A DNA stretch of 32,000 nt from Methanothermus fervidus DSM 2088 (lineage in GTDB: Archaea; Methanobacteriota; Methanobacteria; DSM-2088; Methanothermaceae): positions 720,001 to 752,000 of the forward strand of contig CP002278.1 of assembly GCA_000166095.1 (NCBI GenBank), given 5' to 3'. The position numbers and the translations under genes were made by a program. The notes below the pieces were generated by a model, which searched no databases, was not told where the DNA came from, and worked only from the letters and a program-made list of their open reading frames with translations. Below are positions 27,320 to 32,000 of this stretch, piece by piece; position 1 is the first letter of the stretch, and every line of letters starts with the position of its first letter.

Positions 27320-27896
27320 TAAAACCACCAAATTTTTTGAGAAATTCAAGATCTTCAGGAGTATTGATATTCAATGCAAGTTCCAAAAGTGGAAGTTCTA
27401 ACTTTTTTTCATCTTGTTTTTTATTTACAGCTTTTAATAAATTTAACCCTATTGGTATTTGTTCAGTGTTATATGGAGGGGGAATTAGCCCATATTTTTT
27501 GTAAATACTTCGTGGTACAACAACGGTTAAAGCCGGTTTATCACTTTTTTCATAAATATCTATGATCATGTTTATTGTTTTGGGTTTTACCAATGGCAAA
27601 TCAGCGTTTATTACAAGTAATGTATCTCTTTTTGGAATCTTTGTAATTACATATCTTAAATCATTTACATAACCCTTTCCAGGTGTCACTATTACTCTAT
27701 ATCCTCTTTTTTTTATGTATTCTGTAGTTTTAGGTGTATGGACACTTGTTGCAACTATTATTTCCTTTACTCTATCAACTTTTTCTAAACATTCTATCAC
27801 ATGTTGTATCATTGGTTTACCATTTATATTTATGAGGGGCTTTTCTTTGAAAGATTTAAGAGATTTAAGGCGTGTTCCTTTACCGCCAGCCATCAC
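27297..27896 (-). CDS. cobY: Adenosylcobinamide-phosphate guanylyltransferase (archaeal CobY type)
   Basis: 199 aa with the nucleotidyltransferase loop MAGGKGTRL..KPL. ATSVHTPKTTEYI, PGKGYVNDL and LNINTPEDL closely parallel my recollection of the archaeal CobY pattern. GTG or ATG start at 27896 or 27893. Confidence 0.8.
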   Translation of the reverse strand: MMAGGKGTRLKSLKSFKEKPLININGKPMIQHVIECLEKVDRVKEIIVATSVHTPKTTEYIKKRGYRVIVTPGKGYVNDLRYVITKIPKRDTLLVINADLPLVKPKTINMIIDIYEKSDKPALTVVVPRSIYKKYGLIPPPYNTEQIPIGLNLLKAVNKKQDEKKLELPLLELALNINTPEDLEFLKKFGGFNGGKNKN

Positions 27897-29391
27897 TAAA
27901 GCCTTTAAAAATTTTAGCTAAACCCCCTCCAGATTGTTTCTTTTTATGATATTTTAATCTTTCTGCAAGTATACATCTATCTCCACGATTACCTCCTATT
28001 GGTATACGTGGTGTCCCTAAAGAATTCATACATCTAGCCATCATGGCAGCTCCAAGTGCTAAACCATCAGAAACAAATACACAATCTTCAAAATAATCGT
28101 TAACATATTCAAGAATTAATTCAGGTTTTTTACCTGTTATACCAGCCCTACCTGTTACTCCCAAAACTGAGCCATCTTCAATTATGTCTTCATTAACAGC
28201 TTCTTCCACTAATCTTTTAGCTATTAGTGCACTTACATAATCAATTGTTCCAAATAAAAGCTCTAAACCATCATTTTCATAAATTTCTTTTCCAAGTTCT
28301 GATAGTTTATGGAATTTGCTTCCATTTTTTCCTACATCACACCCGATAAGAACTGTTCCAGCATTTTCTGCAGCTTTTGGGTCTACAGGTACAGTACCAA
28401 ATCTACTTCTACTTTTTGGAACTTTTCTTATGTCTATATATTTGTGGACTTCTTCTGCATATTCTTGTGCTTTTTCTGCATCATATTTACCTTTTGTAGC
28501 TTTTACATCTAATACTGCACCTAGTTTTTTATCAACAAGATTAGTACCCTTTATTATGGCATCTGGTATTGCACCAGCCAATCCACAGAAATTTCCAACA
28601 GTTTTAGCATATGGTTTTTCACTATTTACAATTCTCCCAGCTAGTGTAGTACCAAAATCCATTGATACACAAGGATTACGAAAATCAACGTCAGTCCATT
28701 TGGCACCAAGCTTTATTCCAGCAGTTACAAGTTCTCCTTCCATTTCATTTGCAACCACTTCTCTACCAGTAGGAGGAAGTACTCCAGCTACTGCACCATC
28801 AAATGCTATCTTATCTAACAAACTATAATCTTGAAATTCTTTAGGTAAATTTTCCAATGATAATGCAGGTGTCATTCTTGCTGGAGGAATGCCTGCCTTT
28901 AAACAACCCTCTGCCAATGCTTTTATCATTTTTCCAACTTCTTCTGGAGATGCAAAACCAGCTGTGACACCTGTAGATCTCACTACAAAGTGAATATCTT
29001 TTTTTATGTCTAATTTAGCTCTTTTTGCAGATTCATGTATAGTATCCTTGACCAAATCTGCCACAGATTCTTTTGTAAGTTCAACACCCCAAATTGTTTT
29101 CCCAAAAACCTTTTCACCGGGTTTTGGAGGTCTAACGTCCCGTGTCATTTTAACAGTTTTATCTAATAAATACGTTCTACTTGTTCTGAGGTTTGTAGCT
29201 GTTATTATGCATTTGGTCGTTGTGTTTCCTAACTCTACTGATGCAACAATGTAATGTACATCTGGCTCCATTGAATATCCAGAACCAACAGTTTTTTTAA
29301 TAAAAGAAGTAGATTTTATTTCTTCTATTGTTTTATATTTACTTTTTGCCATAATTGGTTTAGGTCCAAACAATCTTTTTAAAAATGACAA
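27880..29391 (-). CDS. ASKHA (actin/Hsp70/sugar-kinase)-like ATPase, probably the methanogenesis-marker-14 type; function unknown
   Basis: Ordered ASKHA-like motifs: phosphate-1 VELGNTTTK, phosphate-2 SMDFGTTLAG and adenosine LGVTGRAGITG. I prefer the TTG at 29391, which has GGAGGT 6 nt upstream. The ATG at 29352 is the alternative. The track start at 29475 would overlap mtrH and only adds low-complexity Phe/Leu sequence encoded by a T-rich spacer. Confidence 0.6.
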   Translation of the reverse strand: MSFLKRLFGPKPIMAKSKYKTIEEIKSTSFIKKTVGSGYSMEPDVHYIVASVELGNTTTKCIITATNLRTSRTYLLDKTVKMTRDVRPPKPGEKVFGKTIWGVELTKESVADLVKDTIHESAKRAKLDIKKDIHFVVRSTGVTAGFASPEEVGKMIKALAEGCLKAGIPPARMTPALSLENLPKEFQDYSLLDKIAFDGAVAGVLPPTGREVVANEMEGELVTAGIKLGAKWTDVDFRNPCVSMDFGTTLAGRIVNSEKPYAKTVGNFCGLAGAIPDAIIKGTNLVDKKLGAVLDVKATKGKYDAEKAQEYAEEVHKYIDIRKVPKSRSRFGTVPVDPKAAENAGTVLIGCDVGKNGSKFHKLSELGKEIYENDGLELLFGTIDYVSALIAKRLVEEAVNEDIIEDGSVLGVTGRAGITGKKPELILEYVNDYFEDCVFVSDGLALGAAMMARCMNSLGTPRIPIGGNRGDRCILAERLKYHKKKQSGGGLAKIFKGFSDGWR

Positions 29392-29404
29392 AAAATTACC
29401 TCCA

Positions 29405-29443
29405 AAAAACAGAAAATAAAAATTAATTAAAAAAATAAAAAAA
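29405..29443 (-). terminator. Oligo-T tract, putative archaeal intrinsic terminator or attenuator after mtrH
   Basis: The minus strand immediately after the mtrH TAA reads TTTTTTTATTTTTTTAATTAATTTTTATTTTCTGTTTTTT. It contains several T runs of 4-7 nt. Archaeal RNA polymerase terminates at oligo-T runs. Confidence 0.45.
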
Positions 29444-30376
29444 TTAGAGAAGCTTAAAGAATGGATGCTCTTCAATAGGTTCAGTGCCTATATCTTTTAC
29501 AGCTTCTGCTATAAATACATCACACATAGCACATGCTGGGAATGCCATCTTAGCGTTTTCTATTGGACCATATAATACGAAATCTCCACCTGCCATCTGT
29601 TGAATTAAATTAGATCCAACGTCACATATTGGCCATGCTTCTTTATGTTCTTTCCTGTATTCTCGTAGCCAATCCCATGCAGATGGCACGTTATGAATAC
29701 CACTTCCAACTGGGTATCCCCATTTACTTTTGGCAACATATGTTGTTCTTATAGCGTTTCCAGCTCCTTGACCAAGAGGTGTTACTGCAACATCCAACAA
29801 TGGTTTATCAATACCACATTCTTCTGCAATTTCTAAAAGTCCTTTATCTAATGCATCTCCACCATTTTCCCATATTGCGATTTTGCCTTCAACACTAGGA
29901 TCCATTGCATTAAATCCAAGGACAATTGATGCTGATACATCAGTTTCTTTTAGTGCATCAAATTCTTTTTCTTCTCCTGACATGTTAATTGAATTATAAA
30001 TAGCGCGATCTGCTACTCCTATTTCATCTACATACTTTGCACCAGCTATTCTAGCATCAGCTGATGTTGAATCTATAAGAAATGGTACGTCTGTGACATC
30101 TGCAACAAATTCTAAGTATTTAACTATTGCATCTTCTGTTGCACCAAAAACTTGTACAAGATGGGGATTTCCTGTTGTGTCAGACATCTCTTCTTGGATC
30201 TTTATTAGTTCTTCTGCCTTATCCTTATCGAATACACCTTTTTTCTCATCTTCAATGATGCTATGACCACCATAAAATATAGTTCCAGCTAATACTGTTG
30301 GATATTCACCAGGTTGTCCACCAATTTTTACTCCTGCGATATCAAGAACAATTTGTTCTTTATCAAATCTAAACAT
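29444..30376 (-). CDS. mtrH: Tetrahydromethanopterin S-methyltransferase subunit H
   Basis: 310 aa starting MFRFDKEQIVLDIAGVKIGGQPGEYPTVL, a pterin-binding TIM barrel. AGGAGGT RBS. It is the last gene in the canonical mtrEDCBAFGH order. Confidence 0.95.
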   Translation of the reverse strand: MFRFDKEQIVLDIAGVKIGGQPGEYPTVLAGTIFYGGHSIIEDEKKGVFDKDKAEELIKIQEEMSDTTGNPHLVQVFGATEDAIVKYLEFVADVTDVPFLIDSTSADARIAGAKYVDEIGVADRAIYNSINMSGEEKEFDALKETDVSASIVLGFNAMDPSVEGKIAIWENGGDALDKGLLEIAEECGIDKPLLDVAVTPLGQGAGNAIRTTYVAKSKWGYPVGSGIHNVPSAWDWLREYRKEHKEAWPICDVGSNLIQQMAGGDFVLYGPIENAKMAFPACAMCDVFIAEAVKDIGTEPIEEHPFFKLL

Positions 30377-30401
30377 GTTGATTAAACCTCCTTTAACTTT
30401 T

Positions 30402-30650
30402 TTAAATTCTAAGTAATAATCTCACTGCTGGAAGTGCAAAGAAAATTATTAAAATTATTATACCTAAGATAACACCATAAGCTATTCCAATGTCTCTGCC
30501 AATTTGTTGTCCTAACCTTTCAAAATATTCTCCAGCTGCAAAGTCAACTTTCTTTTCCATTTCATCAAGTCTTTCATCTATTTTATTGTATTCATCTACT
30601 GAGACTAATACACGAGGTATTGTGGTTCCTTCATCATCATTATTTGTCAA
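30402..30650 (-). CDS. mtrG: Tetrahydromethanopterin S-methyltransferase subunit G
   Basis: 82 aa with a soluble N-terminal part ([22 protein letters not shown]) and a single C-terminal TM helix. TTG start preceded by GGAGGA. Operon position fits. Confidence 0.9.
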   Translation of the reverse strand: MTNNDDEGTTIPRVLVSVDEYNKIDERLDEMEKKVDFAAGEYFERLGQQIGRDIGIAYGVILGIIILIIFFALPAVRLLLRI

Positions 30651-30654
30651 TATA

Positions 30655-30861
30655 TCATCCTCCTAAAGCTCTAAAAACGGCGACAATACCTATTAAAATT
30701 ACAGCAAGTAAAATACCATAGATCAATCCAGGAATTCTTGTTTGTATTAATCCTGAAAATACTCTTCCTTCTCTTGCAATCAACTGAACCCTATAGCAAA
30801 TATCATCTGTTGTTTTTTTCACGCCTTTAATATTTGGTTTATTAGATAATGATATTGCCAA
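30655..30861 (-). CDS. mtrF: Tetrahydromethanopterin S-methyltransferase subunit F
   Basis: 68 aa from the TTG at 30861 ([13 protein letters not shown]...), with GAGGGGG upstream. The GTG at 30870 is the alternative. It has the SNKPNI.G motif and a C-terminal TM helix. Operon position fits. Confidence 0.85.
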   Translation of the reverse strand: MAISLSNKPNIKGVKKTTDDICYRVQLIAREGRVFSGLIQTRIPGLIYGILLAVILIGIVAVFRALGG

Positions 30862-30874
30862 GAAATACACCCCC

Positions 30875-31594
30875 TCAAATTAGAAGTATAAATCCTATTA
30901 AAAGTGTAAGTGCAAGACCTATACCAGTACCTTGAATTTTTCCTGCATACATTCCTGCCCACATTCTCTGTATTCCTCCGACCATCATTATTTGTGTCTG
31001 CATATCTCTAATTCTTGCTTCAATTAAAGCTGTCTCTGGTGAAATTGGATTTATTTTCTCTGCTTCCCCTTCTTCTTCCTCTTCTTCAACCTTTACTACC
31101 ATTGCTTCCTCTTCAAAAGCCCCTGGATCCTTCTCTATGCATTCCTTAACCTTTTCCTTTATCTGATCAGCATCCTCAACATCTATCAAATCAACAATCT
31201 CAACCTGTTTCTGGAATCTCTCCAATGCTTCCTCTGGTAAATTCTCTATGTAAGGTATTGCTCCCTTTGCACCAATTATCTTCTTTTTATCATCAACGCC
31301 ATTCTTATGTAGTGCTTTTATACTTTGTCCAGTTATATGCCCTTGAACCTCTGAACCACATAAAACTAGGAATCTTATGTTTGGATTTGAGATTATATTT
31401 GCTATTACCTTCTCTATTCCTAAATTCTCTGTCTTGCAAGGCCCAGCTATTGCAGCTCCTGCATCTATTGGTATATCTTCTATATGTGATGCTAATGTTA
31501 CTGCTGCAACAGGACTTTCAGGATCTCCAACAATATAATCTCCACTAACTACTGGCCATCCTTCTGCTGGTTCTTTTTTCTCAGCCAAAATCAT
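30875..31594 (-). CDS. mtrA: Tetrahydromethanopterin S-methyltransferase subunit A (corrinoid-binding)
   Basis: 239 aa with [25 protein letters not shown] and [17 protein letters not shown], an acidic linker and a C-terminal TM helix. ATGA overlap with the mtrB stop. Confidence 0.95.
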   Translation of the reverse strand: MILAEKKEPAEGWPVVSGDYIVGDPESPVAAVTLASHIEDIPIDAGAAIAGPCKTENLGIEKVIANIISNPNIRFLVLCGSEVQGHITGQSIKALHKNGVDDKKKIIGAKGAIPYIENLPEEALERFQKQVEIVDLIDVEDADQIKEKVKECIEKDPGAFEEEAMVVKVEEEEEEGEAEKINPISPETALIEARIRDMQTQIMMVGGIQRMWAGMYAGKIQGTGIGLALTLLIGFILLI

Positions 31595-31908
31595 ACACCT
31601 CCAAATTTAAGTAAAATTAAAGCGAAAACTATCAATCCAAATACAAATCCATATATCATGTTTGTAATTTTTCCCTGAGTTATATAGATACCTTCTCTTC
31701 CTGGATATGACTCTGGAGGAATTGTATTGGGATCTAAAGAATTATAAAGATTATCCACAGCCACCTCCAATTTATCCAACTCTTTATTTAAATCGTCCAT
31801 TGAAAGAACAATTACATCTCTTCCAAGTGCAGTACTAATGACACCAGCTGATGGATCCAAAGCTAAATTAAATTCAGGTGCTACATGAATGAAAGGAAGC
31901 ATTTCCAT
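31591..31908 (-). CDS. mtrB: Tetrahydromethanopterin S-methyltransferase subunit B
   Basis: 105 aa with a soluble N-terminal part and a C-terminal TM helix ([17 protein letters not shown]). GGAGGT RBS. It lies immediately upstream of mtrA. Confidence 0.9.
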   Translation of the reverse strand: MEMLPFIHVAPEFNLALDPSAGVISTALGRDVIVLSMDDLNKELDKLEVAVDNLYNSLDPNTIPPESYPGREGIYITQGKITNMIYGFVFGLIVFALILLKFGGV

Positions 31909-31937
31909 TTTTATACAACCTCCAAGTGTTTTATAAT

Positions 31938-32000
31938 CTATTGTTCTTCTTCAGGCCACCAGCCTGTTCTTTGTACTATTGTGTTCTCGAATACATCCTT
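31938..32000 (-). CDS. mtrC: 3' end of tetrahydromethanopterin S-methyltransferase subunit C (partial, runs off right edge)
   Basis: The open frame from the window edge translates ...[20 protein letters not shown] with the TAG at 31940-31938. The assignment is by the conserved mtrEDCBAFGH order only. Confidence 0.55.
   Translation of the reverse strand, partial: KDVFENTIVQRTGWWPEEEQ

Noticed and set aside
27880-29475. Possibility that the 531-aa ORF next to the hcg genes is the missing HcgG
   Set aside because: I recall HcgG being described as fibrillarin-like, that is with a methyltransferase fold. This protein instead shows ordered ASKHA ATPase motifs and no SAM-binding or radical-SAM cysteine motif. 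It is also separated from hcgA by cobY and a PRC-barrel gene.
31225-31548. 107-aa Leu-rich plus-strand ORF inside mtrA
   Set aside because: It is antisense to the strongly supported mtrA gene. The sequence is dominated by Leu, Gln and Tyr, which come from reverse-reading Glu/Lys-rich codons. There is no independent support.
1-32000. CRISPR arrays, transposases/IS elements, integrases, prophage or defence islands
   Set aside because: I saw no regularly spaced direct repeats, no terminal inverted repeats flanking any ORF, and no ORF with transposase, integrase, Cas or restriction-enzyme motifs. The window looks like core chromosome.

Overview
AT-rich (about 30% GC by eye), densely coding archaeal chromosome segment with about 42 protein genes. 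I found no rRNA, tRNA, CRISPR array or mobile element. The gene content points to a hydrogenotrophic, pseudomurein-walled methanogen of the order Methanobacteriales. The Lys/Glu/Ile-rich proteins suggest a thermophile such as Methanothermus, but that is inference only.

Main blocks:
- 1-15 kb: housekeeping and cofactor genes. These are nadC, rnz, an MscS channel, a sortase, nadA, a TIGR00300/LOR-SDH protein, FBP aldolase/phosphatase, a CDP-alcohol phosphatidyltransferase operon, nadE, cutA, leuS, a hexapeptide acyltransferase and a KH-fused PP-loop ATPase.
- 15.1-15.7 kb: an unusually long non-coding gap.
- 15.7-21 kb: a pseudomurein-type cell-wall cluster (ATP-grasp ligase, MraY-like transferase, Mur-family ligase) followed by two uncharacterised membrane-anchored proteins.
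- 21-32 kb: one uninterrupted minus-strand array. In transcription order it is mtrC(partial)-B-A-F-G-H, an ASKHA-like ATPase, cobY, a PRC-barrel protein, hcgABCDEF ([Fe]-hydrogenase FeGP cofactor biosynthesis) and sufCB.

Most interesting leads:
- The two unknown genes at the end of the pseudomurein cluster. One looks like a bitopic POTRA/FtsQ-like protein. The other is a tail-anchored zinc-ribbon protein with atypical composition.
- The ASKHA-like protein between mtrH and cobY, which could be a corrinoid-related chaperone or reactivase.
- The translationally coupled hcgABCDEF-sufCB unit.

All functional calls rest on motif and family recognition from the translated ORFs. No database search was run.
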